A DNA stretch of 64,000 bases from Spirochaetia bacterium (GTDB lineage Bacteria; Spirochaetota; Spirochaetia; SZUA-6; Bin103). Under the pieces are notes generated by a model. The model was given only the letters and a program-made list of their open reading frames with translations, did no database searches and was not told the origin of the DNA. Below are positions 1 to 9,603 of the stretch, piece by piece (positions within the stretch are counted from its first letter, which is position 1; the number at the start of each line of letters is the position of its first letter). Made by a program: the position numbers and the translations under genes. The stretch is taken from NCBI GenBank assembly GCA_965203055.1, contig OZ241863.1, positions 3,328,001-3,392,000 of the forward strand, in the 5' to 3' direction.

Positions 1-645
1 CTACTTGAAAAATGCATCCCGGCCTATCCGCCGGCGGGGAAGCGGATGTTGTACGACGATGGCACCTGGTTCCGCACGCTGAAACGCGCCAACGTTCACC
101 TGATCACCGAGCCAATTGGCCGCCTCACCGAGACCGGCGTGGTCACCGCCGCGGACCGGCGCTACCCCGTCGACGTGGTGATCTACGCCACCGGCTTTCG
201 CACCACCGAAATGCTGTGGCCGATGACCGTCACCGGGCGCGGCGGGGCGCGCCTGCAGGAAACCTGGCGGGGAGACCCGCGCGCCTACCGCGGCATCACC
301 GTCCCGCGCTTCCCCAACCTGTTCTGCATGTACGGGCCGAATACCAACGTGGTGGTGAACGCCAGCATCATCGTGTTTTCGGAGTGCGAGATTCACTACG
401 TCATGAGCTGCCTCAAGCTGCTGCTGGAGTCAGGACGGCGCAGCATGGAGTGCCGGCAGGAGGTGCACGACGCCTACAACCGGTGGATCGACGCCGGCAA
501 CGGCCGCACCGCCTGGGGAGCGCCGCAGGTGCGCAGTTGGTACAAGAACGATAGCGGTCGGGTGACCCAGAACTGGCCGTTCAGCGTGCTGGAGTTCTGG
601 CAGCAGACGCGCGCCGCCGACCCCGCCGACTACCACTGGCGTTGA
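1..645 (+). CDS. Flavin-containing (Baeyer-Villiger-type) monooxygenase, C-terminal part (5' truncated by window)
   Basis: Frame open from base 1; motifs GKRMLYDDG, DVVIYATGF, FPNLFCMYGPN, SWYKNDSGR typical of BVMOs. Confidence 0.85.
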   Translation, partial: LLEKCIPAYPPAGKRMLYDDGTWFRTLKRANVHLITEPIGRLTETGVVTAADRRYPVDVVIYATGFRTTEMLWPMTVTGRGGARLQETWRGDPRAYRGITVPRFPNLFCMYGPNTNVVVNASIIVFSECEIHYVMSCLKLLLESGRRSMECRQEVHDAYNRWIDAGNGRTAWGAPQVRSWYKNDSGRVTQNWPFSVLEFWQQTRAADPADYHWR

Positions 646-660
646 GCGCCGCGCCCGCGT

Positions 661-2415
661 TCAGTCGGCGGCGCCGGCGGCCGGTCGGGTGATCCGCAGC
701 AGGACGCCCGCCTCCGGCACCGCGACGCGGGACACGGCGCCGTCCGGCCACACCACTTCGAGCTGTCCCGGGTCTCCGGCGCCGGCCGCGCCGAGGCCGA
801 AGTGAACCCGCGCCGGGTCGCTCGAGAGGTAGCCGCTGCTGGCGCGCATCTCGCGCAGCAGCGTGCCGCCGGCGGTATGCAGACGCAGCACGGCGCCCAG
901 CGCGCGGCTGTTGGCCGCGCCCTCCTGGCGCAGCTCCACTTCCAGGGCGGCGCCGCCGCACAGGCGATTCTCGAACAGCAGCGCCGGCGCCGCCAGGTTG
1001 TTGACCACCACGTCCAGGTCGCCGTCGTTGTCCAGGTCGCCGAGGCTCATGCCGCGCCCGCTCTGAGTGGCGTTCAACCCCCATTCCGGCGCCGGCAGGA
1101 AGCGCCCGCCGCCGGTGTTGCGCAGCGCCTGGTTTTCTTCCACCAGCTCATCTCCCGGCAGGTGGGAGAAGATTTCGGCCGCGATCATGCCGTTCACCAC
1201 GTACAGGTCGAGGTAGCCGTCGTTGTCCAGGTCGCCGAACTGGGCCGACCAGCTCCAGCCGGTGGCGTCCACCCCGGCAGCCTCGGCGGTGTCGAGGAAC
1301 GAGTCGCCGCCGCCTGCGGCCGGCCGCGCGTGCAGTACGTTGGCGGTGACCTGCACGCCGTCGGTGGGCTGCAGGTGGGCGCTCTCGGCCCACAGCGGCC
1401 CCCAGACCTCTTCGGTGGAGGCGTCGCGGTGGTACGGCTTCATGTCGGTGGCCAGCAGCTCGGTGCGCCCGTCGTTGTCGAGGTCGCCCTCGGCGAAGCT
1501 CATGGTGTTGACGGGGGTGCGGGAGAAGGGCGCCGTCTCGCTCCAGCCGCCGGGCGTGTTGAGGTAGACCACGTCGGGGGGCGAGAAGTCGTTGCCGATC
1601 AGGATGTCGCGCCGCCCGTCGCCGTTCAGATCGGTGAGCAGCATCGCCAGCGCGTGAGCGCTCCGCCCCAGCCGTTCGAAGGTGAGCAGGCCGGTGCCGT
1701 CGTTGCGGTAGAAGAACACGCCGCCGCCGACCACCATACCGTCCGCCAGCGCGCCCAGCTCGGCGTCGTAGGAGGCGCCGACCATGTCCAGGTCGCCGTC
1801 CTGGTCGAGATCCGCCCACGCCATGGAGTAGGCGGGAAACCAGGCGCGAAACCGCTCATCCTCCATCCGCGCGAACGCGGGGCGGGCGCCGGGCGCGCCG
1901 GCCGCCGCGCGCCACCAGGAGGGCAGGCCGCCGGAGTGGGTGAACACGAGGTCGATGCGGGCGTCGCCGTCGACGTCCACGGCATTGACGGCGCGGGTCA
2001 TCTCCGCCGGCAGGTCGCCGCGGCGAAAGAACAGGTCCCCCTCGTTCCAGAGCAGGGAGGTGGCCCCGTGCAGGCCGGCCAGGACGATGTCGATGCGGCC
2101 GTCCTGGTCCAGGTCCGCCAGCGCCACGCCGGCGCCGTTGCTGTCGAAGAAGCCGATGAACTCGTCCGGCCCGCGGGTGTAGTGGGGGAGCGGCTGCACG
2201 TCGAACCGCCCCGTGCACTGGCGCGGGTCGGCGCGCAACGGCGTGCTCAGGACCGTGACGCCGGTCTCGGCGTGGAGCGCGCCCGGCGCCGCGCAGAGGG
2301 CGCAAATGACGCCGAGGGCGTGCAGCCGCCAAGCCGAGGCAAAGCCCGTACCGGGGAACGCGCCGCGGCGCGCGGTGGGCTGATGCCGGCGCCGCGGCGG
2401 CCGGGCCGCCGGCAT
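661..2415 (-). CDS. CRTAC1-family FG-GAP repeat protein with ASPIC/UnbV C-terminal domain, probably secreted
   Basis: Repeated DLDxDGxxD motifs; C-terminal NSRALGA...SSGYLS...HFGLG; ATG at 2415 overlaps the stop of the upstream AKR gene. Confidence 0.85.
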   Translation of the reverse strand: MPAARPPRRRHQPTARRGAFPGTGFASAWRLHALGVICALCAAPGALHAETGVTVLSTPLRADPRQCTGRFDVQPLPHYTRGPDEFIGFFDSNGAGVALADLDQDGRIDIVLAGLHGATSLLWNEGDLFFRRGDLPAEMTRAVNAVDVDGDARIDLVFTHSGGLPSWWRAAAGAPGARPAFARMEDERFRAWFPAYSMAWADLDQDGDLDMVGASYDAELGALADGMVVGGGVFFYRNDGTGLLTFERLGRSAHALAMLLTDLNGDGRRDILIGNDFSPPDVVYLNTPGGWSETAPFSRTPVNTMSFAEGDLDNDGRTELLATDMKPYHRDASTEEVWGPLWAESAHLQPTDGVQVTANVLHARPAAGGGDSFLDTAEAAGVDATGWSWSAQFGDLDNDGYLDLYVVNGMIAAEIFSHLPGDELVEENQALRNTGGGRFLPAPEWGLNATQSGRGMSLGDLDNDGDLDVVVNNLAAPALLFENRLCGGAALEVELRQEGAANSRALGAVLRLHTAGGTLLREMRASSGYLSSDPARVHFGLGAAGAGDPGQLEVVWPDGAVSRVAVPEAGVLLRITRPAAGAAD

Positions 2416-3353
2416 CAGCCCTGAGCGCGCCACTCCTCGGAGTCGGCCTGCTCGGCGGCGGTGAACGCGGCGCGGATGGCGGCGACCTGCTCCGCGGGCA
2501 GCGCTCCCTTCTCCGCCGCGGCGATGTTGGCCGCCACGTGGCGGGGGTTGGTGGTGCCGACGATGGCGGTGTGCACGCCGGGCTGCGACAAGGTGAAGCG
2601 CAACGCCAGCTCCGGCCAAGCCTCGTCGGGCGCGCCGGCGCCGGCGTAGCCCAGTCCTTCCAGCGACAGCCCCATCTTGGCGAGCCGTTGATGGTAGATG
2701 GTGGAGTAGTTGCGGTAGAAGCCGGGCTGCTGTTCCGGCTGCTTCCAGGCGGCGTTGGCGATGGGGCGCTTGGCCAGCACGCCCAGGTTGCGCCGTTGCG
2801 CCACCGCCAGCGCGCCGTCGATATTGTGTTGATCGGCGATGCTGATGGACGTCTCGATGACCGCTACGTCAGGCTGCTCGGCGGCCCAGACCACGGCCTC
2901 GTTGTCGCCGGAGTAGCCGAGGAAGCGAATCTTGCCGGCGGCGCGCGCCTGCCGCAACGCCTCCAGCGCCTCCCCGCGCTGCAAGATCTCCAGCGCGCAG
3001 GAGTGCAGCAGCATCACGTCGATATGGTCGGTGCGCAGGCGGCGCAGGGAGCGGTCGACGCTGTTGGCGATCAGCTCGGCGGACCACGCCTCCGCCGTCT
3101 CATCGCCGACCTGCTGGCCGCACTTCGATACCAGGGTGTACCGGTCGCGGCGCGCGCCGATGGCGCGGCCAATCGCCGCTTCGGAGCCGGCGTAGCTGGC
3201 CGCGGTGTCCACCAGCGCGACGCCCAGATCGAGCAAGGCGCCGAGCAACCGGTCGCTATCCGATTCCGGCACCTCGAGCAGGCCAAACGGCGCGCCGCCG
3301 AAGCCGACCGGCGTCGCCTGCAGCCCGGTAGCGCCAAGAGAAAGGGTGTCCAT
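2415..3353 (-). CDS. Aldo/keto reductase
   Basis: DTAASY, SLRRLRTDHIDVMLLH, GKIRFLGYS, ELALRFTLS motifs. Confidence 0.88.
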   Translation of the reverse strand: MDTLSLGATGLQATPVGFGGAPFGLLEVPESDSDRLLGALLDLGVALVDTAASYAGSEAAIGRAIGARRDRYTLVSKCGQQVGDETAEAWSAELIANSVDRSLRRLRTDHIDVMLLHSCALEILQRGEALEALRQARAAGKIRFLGYSGDNEAVVWAAEQPDVAVIETSISIADQHNIDGALAVAQRRNLGVLAKRPIANAAWKQPEQQPGFYRNYSTIYHQRLAKMGLSLEGLGYAGAGAPDEAWPELALRFTLSQPGVHTAIVGTTNPRHVAANIAAAEKGALPAEQVAAIRAAFTAAEQADSEEWRAQG

Positions 3354-3496
3354 GGCCCGCATGGTGGCCCACCCGCCGCCAACTGTCCAGCCACCCGCCG
3401 CCGCCCCGGCTTCGCCGTTACCGACCAAATGGCGGCCAGCCGGCAGCCAACGGTCAACCTTGACGGCTGGCTCCCTCCCTCGTGATTATTCCCGAC

Positions 3497-4597
3497 ATGG
3501 CCGCCACTGATCTAGCCGAGATCGAGGCGCTGGCCGCGGCCGGCGAGTCGGAGACCCTGGAGTTGAAGAAGTCCACCGGCGAGCGCCGTACCGGCATGAA
3601 GACCGAACCCCTGCACGAGCAGTTCCGATGGGAAAACCAACCTGTCCCGGACTGGACGGTCGACGATCTCGATCAGACCGAGATCGTTCGTACGCTCGAG
3701 GACGCGATTCGCCACGGGCGGGCGTCAGAGCCCGGAACGCGTGACCCGGCGGAGCTGCTGCGTGGATTCGGTTTGCTCCGCGCCGACCGGCTGCTCCGCG
3801 CCGCAGTCGTGTTGTTCGGCAGATCCGATCGGCTGAGCGCCGAGTACCCGCAATGCATGCTGCGGATTGCCAAGTTCGACGGTACCTCTCGCACCGACGA
3901 GTTTCTGGACAACCGGCAGGTTCACGGCAACGCGTTTTCTCTCCTGGGCAGCGCGGAGCGCTTCTTTCGTGAGAACCTGCCGATCGCCGGCCGCATTGAG
4001 CCCGACCGTTTCGAACGGGTGGATGAGCCGCGGTATCCGCCTCCTGCTCTGCGTGAGGCGCTTGCCAACGCGATCTGTCACCGGGATTACACCATGGGCG
4101 GCGGGTCGGTGGCGGCGGCGATCTACGACGACCGCCTCGAAGTGACTTTTTCGGGTTCCCTGCCCTTCGGGCTCACCGCGGAGGCATTGTTTCAGCCGCA
4201 CGAATCGCGGCCTTGGAACCCGCTGATCGCGCGAGCCTTCTATCTTCGCGGGTTCATCGAGCAGTGGGGGCGCGGTACGATTGAGCTGCGGGAACTGACC
4301 ACCAGCGCCGGACTGCCGGCGCCGGAAATCGAGGATGCCGGCGGTTGTGTCACGGTGCGCTTCAGACCGGGCACGTACATGCCGCGGCGCGTCGAGCGGG
4401 AGGTGACCGAGCGCCAGCGGGAGATCCTCACCCTGCTGGCCGCAGCCGGCGCGGGATTGGCGTTCCGGGAGATCGTCCGGCAATTGGATAATTCACCTAA
4501 TTGGTGGCAGATACGAGACGATCTGAGGGGCCTGCGAGCGCTCGGCTTGGCGACTGTCGAGGGACGTGGCCGAGGAGCGCGATGGAAGCGGCAATAA
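3497..4597 (+). CDS. Schlafen/AlbA_2 - HATPase_c_4 (RecG C-terminal-like) - wHTH protein with most of the AlbA_2 domain apparently deleted
   Basis: GESETLELKKS start jumps directly to the RWENQP linker; ALREALANAICHRDY, WNPLIARAFY, EQWGRG; C-terminal HTH ending GRGRGARW. Confidence 0.75.
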   Translation: MAATDLAEIEALAAAGESETLELKKSTGERRTGMKTEPLHEQFRWENQPVPDWTVDDLDQTEIVRTLEDAIRHGRASEPGTRDPAELLRGFGLLRADRLLRAAVVLFGRSDRLSAEYPQCMLRIAKFDGTSRTDEFLDNRQVHGNAFSLLGSAERFFRENLPIAGRIEPDRFERVDEPRYPPPALREALANAICHRDYTMGGGSVAAAIYDDRLEVTFSGSLPFGLTAEALFQPHESRPWNPLIARAFYLRGFIEQWGRGTIELRELTTSAGLPAPEIEDAGGCVTVRFRPGTYMPRRVEREVTERQREILTLLAAAGAGLAFREIVRQLDNSPNWWQIRDDLRGLRALGLATVEGRGRGARWKRQ

Positions 4598-4619
4598 GTT
4601 GGTATCCGGGTCCTTTCCA

Positions 4620-4800
4620 TTCCTTCTCATTGTCTGCTTCCATATGCCATAAATGATTTACTTGTAACGAGTTGACAAACACTTCCCATTCATCTTCCCA
4701 TTCCTTCTCATTCCTTCTCATTCCGGCTCTATTGATTCCAAGTATCACACAGGTAAGGAGTTAAAATCGTAATTTCTTATTCTTCCTATTCCTTCTCATT
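4620..4800. repeat. AT-rich tract with four TTCCTTCTCA direct repeats
   Basis: Copies start at 4620, 4701, 4711 and 4789, plus degenerate variants; sharply lower GC than flanks. Confidence 0.7.
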
Positions 4801-4818
4801 GCAAGCGGCCGGATGGAA

Positions 4819-5940
4819 CTAGGCCTGGGCCACGCGGTGCCGGGCGATCAGGTCGTCGTTGAGTTCGTAGCCCAGGCCGGGGGCGGTGGGCGGGATGATG
4901 AAGCCGTCCTGCCAGACGATCGGCGCCTTGAGGATCTCCCGGTGGAACTCCGAGAAGGTTTCGATGCCTTCCTGGATCAGGAAGTTGGGGGAGCACACGT
5001 CTACCTGGATCGCCGCGGCGGCGGCGAAGGGGCCGCCCCATACGTGGGGAGCGATGTGCGCGTAGTGGGTCTCGGCCAGGGCGGCTATCTTCCGGCCCTC
5101 CGCGATGCCGCCGGTGATCGACAGGTCCATCTGCACGATCGACGCGGCCTGCTTCTGCAGCAGCGGCAGGAACTCGTAGCGGGTCATGAGCCGCTCGCCG
5201 GTGGCGACCGGGATCGAGGCGGCGTGGGCGACGCGCGCCATCTCGTCAACGTTGCCGGGGGCCACCGGTTCTTCGAACCACAGCGGCTCGTAAGGTTCCA
5301 GCCGCTTGGCAAGCCGAATCGCCGCGTGGGTGGTCAACTGGCCATGGGTGCCGATCAGGATGTCGCAACGGTCGCCGGCCGCCTCGCGCATCGCCCTGAT
5401 CACCTGCTCGACGTAGGTCAGGGTCTCCAGGCGGTGCGGCTCCAAGGCGCCCACCGGATCGAGCTTCACGGCGCTGAAGCCGAGGTCGAGGTAGCGCAGG
5501 GTGTCTTCCGCCGCCTGTTCGGGGGGATCGCCCACCTTCCACCCGTACAGATAGGTGTAGGCGCGGAGCTTGTCGTGGAACACGCCGCCGAGCAGGTTGT
5601 ACACCGGCTGGCCAAGGGCCTTGCCGACGATGTCCCAACAGGCCATCTCGATGGCGCTGAGCACCGGCGTGACGATCGGCCCGGGGTGGAGCACGGCGTG
5701 GCGCCGAAACACCTCCCACCAGATGCGCTCCCGGCGAAACGGATCCGCGCCCTTGAGAATCTGCTCGAAGATCTCCTGCGCCACCTGCAGCGCGGACTGG
5801 CGGTGGGTGCCGTGCCAGGTGCACTCGCCGCAGCCCTCGATCCCCTCGTCGGTGATCAGCTTGACGAATACCCAGCTCCTGCCGCCCTTGCCGGGCGGCG
5901 GGACCGGCACCAGGTAACCCTCGAATCGCTCGATCTTCAT
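4819..5940 (-). CDS. Mandelate racemase/muconate lactonizing enzyme family (galactonate dehydratase-like)
   Basis: VFVKLITDEGIEGCGE, SAIEMACWDIVGK, WFEEPV, PVATGERL; ATG at 5940. Confidence 0.9.
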   Translation of the reverse strand: MKIERFEGYLVPVPPPGKGGRSWVFVKLITDEGIEGCGECTWHGTHRQSALQVAQEIFEQILKGADPFRRERIWWEVFRRHAVLHPGPIVTPVLSAIEMACWDIVGKALGQPVYNLLGGVFHDKLRAYTYLYGWKVGDPPEQAAEDTLRYLDLGFSAVKLDPVGALEPHRLETLTYVEQVIRAMREAAGDRCDILIGTHGQLTTHAAIRLAKRLEPYEPLWFEEPVAPGNVDEMARVAHAASIPVATGERLMTRYEFLPLLQKQAASIVQMDLSITGGIAEGRKIAALAETHYAHIAPHVWGGPFAAAAAIQVDVCSPNFLIQEGIETFSEFHREILKAPIVWQDGFIIPPTAPGLGYELNDDLIARHRVAQA

Positions 5941-6075
5941 GCCCTTGACGGTAGCCCGGATGAGCCGCCGGCGCAATTCACCTGACTTGCTTGCTTGCCG
6001 CCTGTTGCCGTGCTTCGGCCGGCAACGCGCCGCGCGCCTGTTCCCGGACCGGAGGGGAAGGTAGACTGCCGTTCC

Positions 6076-7227
6076 ATGAGCGTCGCGCCGCGCCGGCTCA
6101 CGCACGGGCCGGCCCACCACTTCTTCGGCTACTACGGCATCAACGCGTGGGACCGCGGCGGGCGCTTCCACCTCGCTCTGGAAAGCGACTTCCACCGCCG
6201 CCCGCCCACGCCCGCGGACCGGGCGCGGGTCGGCTTGGTGGATGCCGCCGGCGGGGCGTTCGAGCCCCTTGCGGAGACGGCCGCGTTCAACCTGCAACAG
6301 GGCAGCATGCTGCACTGGATCGACGCCGGGCGCGGCGAGGAACTGACCTGCAACGCATGGCAGGGGCCGCGGGTGGTGGCGCACGCGCTGCCCCGCGCGG
6401 GCGGCGCCGCCCGCGTCCTGCAGGCGGCGGTGGCCGCGGTGTCGGCCGACGGGAGGCAGGCGCTGGGACTCAACTACGCGCGCATGTACCACTGCCGGTC
6501 CGTGGTCGGCTACGCCAACGACCAGGATCCCGCGGCCCTGGCGCCGGCGCCGGAAGATGACGGGCTGTACCGCATCGACCTGCCCTCCGGGCGCGCCGAG
6601 CTGCTGCTCTCCCATGCCCGGGTGATCCGCGCCGCCGAGTTGCCGGAGCCGCCGAGCGGCTTGGTGTGGTTCAACCACGTGGTGTTCAACCCCGACGGGT
6701 CGCGTGTGCTGTTCCTGTGCCGCATGCGGCGCCCTGCGGGACAGGGGCTGCGCACCTCGCTGTGGACCGTGCGCCCGGACGGCAGCGAGCTGTCCCTGCA
6801 GATCGACTTTGCGCATCGCATTTCCCACTTCGCGTGGCTCGATGCCGACCGCATCCTGATCTCCACCGACCTGCTCGGCGCGATGCAGTTCCTCACCTTC
6901 ACCGTGGACCGCAACGACTTCGCACCGTTCGGCGCCGGAGCGCTGCCGCCCGACGGCCACGCCTGCCTCTCCCCGGACGGGCGCTGGCTGGCGTGCGACA
7001 CCTACCCGCAAGGCGCGCAACGGCTCTCCCGGTTGATGCTGTACGAGATCGCCACCGGGCGGCGGGTGGACGTCGCCGGCTTCCACTCCGAGCCGGTCTT
7101 TACCGGCGACGTGCGCTGCGACCTGCACCCGCGCTGGCACCCGGACGGCGCCATGCTGACCGTCGACGCGGTTCCCGACGGAGAACGCCAGATCTACCTG
7201 CTCGACGTAGCCGGCATCGTATCCTGA
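6076..7227 (+). CDS. TolB-like/oligogalacturonate-lyase-like beta-propeller protein
   Basis: HHFFGYY, AFNLQQG, WFNHVVFNPDG, DGHACLSPDG, RCDLHPRW motifs. Confidence 0.7.
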   Translation: MSVAPRRLTHGPAHHFFGYYGINAWDRGGRFHLALESDFHRRPPTPADRARVGLVDAAGGAFEPLAETAAFNLQQGSMLHWIDAGRGEELTCNAWQGPRVVAHALPRAGGAARVLQAAVAAVSADGRQALGLNYARMYHCRSVVGYANDQDPAALAPAPEDDGLYRIDLPSGRAELLLSHARVIRAAELPEPPSGLVWFNHVVFNPDGSRVLFLCRMRRPAGQGLRTSLWTVRPDGSELSLQIDFAHRISHFAWLDADRILISTDLLGAMQFLTFTVDRNDFAPFGAGALPPDGHACLSPDGRWLACDTYPQGAQRLSRLMLYEIATGRRVDVAGFHSEPVFTGDVRCDLHPRWHPDGAMLTVDAVPDGERQIYLLDVAGIVS

Positions 7228-7249
7228 CCGCGGCGGGGGTGGCGCAACG

Positions 7250-7402
7250 ATGAGCTACTTCGACCGTTGGTGGTGGATGATCCGCCGCTGGTGGTGGGCA
7301 GTAAAGCCCTACCGGCTTCTCATTTTGGTTCTGGTCGTCATGTTTCTGGTGGGGATGTGCGGCCGGTTGTATCTCTTTCAACTCAGGGACGCTGGCTACT
7401 AA
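7250..7402 (+). CDS. Small Trp-rich membrane protein (50 aa)
   Basis: Hand translation MSYFDRWWWMIRRWWWAVKPYRLLILVLVVMFLVGMCGRLYLFQLRDAGY*; one hydrophobic helix; below the ORF-track cutoff. Confidence 0.45.
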   Translation: MSYFDRWWWMIRRWWWAVKPYRLLILVLVVMFLVGMCGRLYLFQLRDAGY

Positions 7403-7621
7403 GCTACCTTTGCGTGCTTCCCTTCTGTTGCTGGTGTCGGGGCGCCGCTACGAGTGTTCTGCGGGAGGTTCCGAGGTCGGCGGCGGGCCGATTTCCAGCC
7501 TGGTCTCGATGCGCACCAGCCGAACGTCGATGACGTGGAGCAGGAATGAGCGCGCGGCAGTCCCATGCCGAACCAGCAGACCGCACCTTCCGCAGGTAGC
7601 TGGCCGGCGCCGCGGAGACGG

Positions 7622-7837
7622 CTAACCCGGCGGGTAGATGCTCCAGTTCTGGAAGAGCCGCTCCAGCTTCGGCAATAGCAGTTCGCTCTGGTCCGGCGCG
7701 AGCGTCTGCTTTACCAGCTCCTTGACCTGCTCGGAAATCAACCACATCTGTTCAGCATCATTGGTTGGGTAGAATACGTCGTCGTCCGCGGCCGGCTGAG
7801 CAGACGGGTTTGGGTCTCCGCTACGGGGCGCAGTCAT
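7622..7837 (-). CDS. Short hypothetical protein (N-terminus resembles the Uma2 leader 'VFYPxxD')
   Basis: ATG at 7837; DDDVFYPTNDAEQM followed by an amphipathic helix; may be a remnant. Confidence 0.3.
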   Translation of the reverse strand: MTAPRSGDPNPSAQPAADDDVFYPTNDAEQMWLISEQVKELVKQTLAPDQSELLLPKLERLFQNWSIYPPG

Positions 7838-7962
7838 GGCAGCAGCGTAACGCGGCCTGCACGGTCGTAACAAGATCACGAATCAGCGCAACGCATGCTT
7901 GACGGCCCGGTATGACCGTGGTATGGCGTACTGAATTGGGTTCGGATCGAGGAGGAGAGGCC

Positions 7963-9579
7963 ATGCAACAGATTCGCGCGCTGGCGGGAGTGGCAGTGCT
8001 GATCGCGCTGGGAGCCGCGGGGGCGTTTGCCGGCGCCGCCGAAGAGACCGGGATGGCGGCCGCCGACATCTATACCGATTCCGGCTATCCGGTGACCACC
8101 GAGAAGATCACCCTGGAGATGGTGGCGGTGATCACCCACAAGACCTACCCGCACCAAGCTCTGGAGTTCTTCGACATGGTGGAGGAGAAGACCAACGTTC
8201 ACGTCGAGTGGCGCCAGATTCAGGAAGAGGCGTACCAGGAGAAGAAGAACCTGCTGTTCGCCGCGGGCGACTATCCGGACGCCTTCTTCATGCACAAGAC
8301 GCTCGATCCGGCGGACATCCTCACCCACGCGCCGCAAGGGGTGTTCCGGGCGCTCGAGGATGATCTTGAACAGTGGGCGCCGAACCTGAACCGCATCCTG
8401 CAAGACCGGCCCGAAGTACGCCGGGCGATGCAGGCGCCGGACGGCCATGTCTACTCGTTTCCCGGCATCTGGGAATCGGGCGTGGAGCCGCAGCTTCACT
8501 TCTTCATCAACCGGAACTGGCTCGACAAGCTGGGGCTGGACATGCCGCAGAACTACGACGAGTACCGCGAGGCGCTGCGCGCCTTCAAGCACCGCGACCC
8601 CAACGGCAACGGCGAGGCGGACGAGATCCCGCTCTCCTTCCGCAGCTTCGGCTGGCTGGGCGTGTACCCGCTGTTCAGCAGCTTTGGCATCGACCGCCAG
8701 CACCACATCGGCGAGGAGATGGGCATCTCGATCGACCGCGACGATCCCACGCGGGTGATCTACGTTGCCGCAACCGACGCCTACCGGGAGGGCATCGAGT
8801 ACTTCCACGGATTGTGGTCGGAAGGGCTGATCGACATCGAGGCGTTTTCCCACTCCTACGCCGAACTGACCGCCAAGCAGCGGCAGATCGATCCGCCGAT
8901 CCTGGGTTCGTTCACCGCGTGGAGCGCGGCCTACCTGTTCGGCGAAGGGGTGGACAGCGGCTACGTCACCATGGACCCGTTGGAGGGACCGGCCGGCCGG
9001 CGCTGGCCGGGCGACCCGCCGAGCTACTTCCTCAACGCGTTCACGGTCACCAGCGCCTCCGAGTATCCGCAGGCCGCGGTGCGCTGGGCCGACCTGCAAT
9101 ACGATCCGACCTGGGCGCTGCAGTCGTGGTTCGGGATCATCGGCGAGCACATCCTCGAACAGGGCGACGGCACCTACGTGCATGCCGCGGTGCCGGACGG
9201 GTTCGAGAGCCGCATAAGCTGGAAGAACCAGTCGGTGCCGCGCGGCACCGGCCTCTACGCGCTGCCGGTCGAGGTGATGCGCCGCATGGAGCCCACCGCC
9301 GACCAGCTCGACAAGTTCGCCGGCAACGACCAGTACGCCCCCTACATCGCCAGCTACGTCCGCTTCCCGCTGGTCTACATGCTGGAAGATGAGAACGACG
9401 AGATCGCCGACCTGGCGCCGGAGATCAACCAGTTCACGCAGGAAATGGGCGCCAAGTGGATCGTCGACGGCGGCATCGAAGAGGACTGGGACGGGTATCT
9501 GCAGCGCCTCGACAGCATGGGCCTGCCGCGCCTGCTGGAGATCTATCAGACCGTCTACGACCGCCACTTGAGCGATTAG
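7963..9579 (+). CDS. Carbohydrate ABC transporter extracellular solute-binding protein
   Basis: SD GGAGG; signal peptide; EEKTNVHVEW, DYPDAF, WLDKLGL, DPNGNGEADEIP motifs. Confidence 0.9.
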   Translation: MQQIRALAGVAVLIALGAAGAFAGAAEETGMAAADIYTDSGYPVTTEKITLEMVAVITHKTYPHQALEFFDMVEEKTNVHVEWRQIQEEAYQEKKNLLFAAGDYPDAFFMHKTLDPADILTHAPQGVFRALEDDLEQWAPNLNRILQDRPEVRRAMQAPDGHVYSFPGIWESGVEPQLHFFINRNWLDKLGLDMPQNYDEYREALRAFKHRDPNGNGEADEIPLSFRSFGWLGVYPLFSSFGIDRQHHIGEEMGISIDRDDPTRVIYVAATDAYREGIEYFHGLWSEGLIDIEAFSHSYAELTAKQRQIDPPILGSFTAWSAAYLFGEGVDSGYVTMDPLEGPAGRRWPGDPPSYFLNAFTVTSASEYPQAAVRWADLQYDPTWALQSWFGIIGEHILEQGDGTYVHAAVPDGFESRISWKNQSVPRGTGLYALPVEVMRRMEPTADQLDKFAGNDQYAPYIASYVRFPLVYMLEDENDEIADLAPEINQFTQEMGAKWIVDGGIEEDWDGYLQRLDSMGLPRLLEIYQTVYDRHLSD

Positions 9580-9603
9580 CCTCGAAGTCTTGGATCGATA
9601 CCG

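Noticed and set aside
4497..4748. 83-aa minus-strand ORF with NEKEW repeats
   Set aside because: A by-product of the non-coding 10-bp repeats; overlaps the upstream gene
5941..7140. 400-aa N-terminal extension of the enolase-superfamily ORF
   Set aside because: Antisense to the beta-propeller gene; family homology begins at ATG 5940
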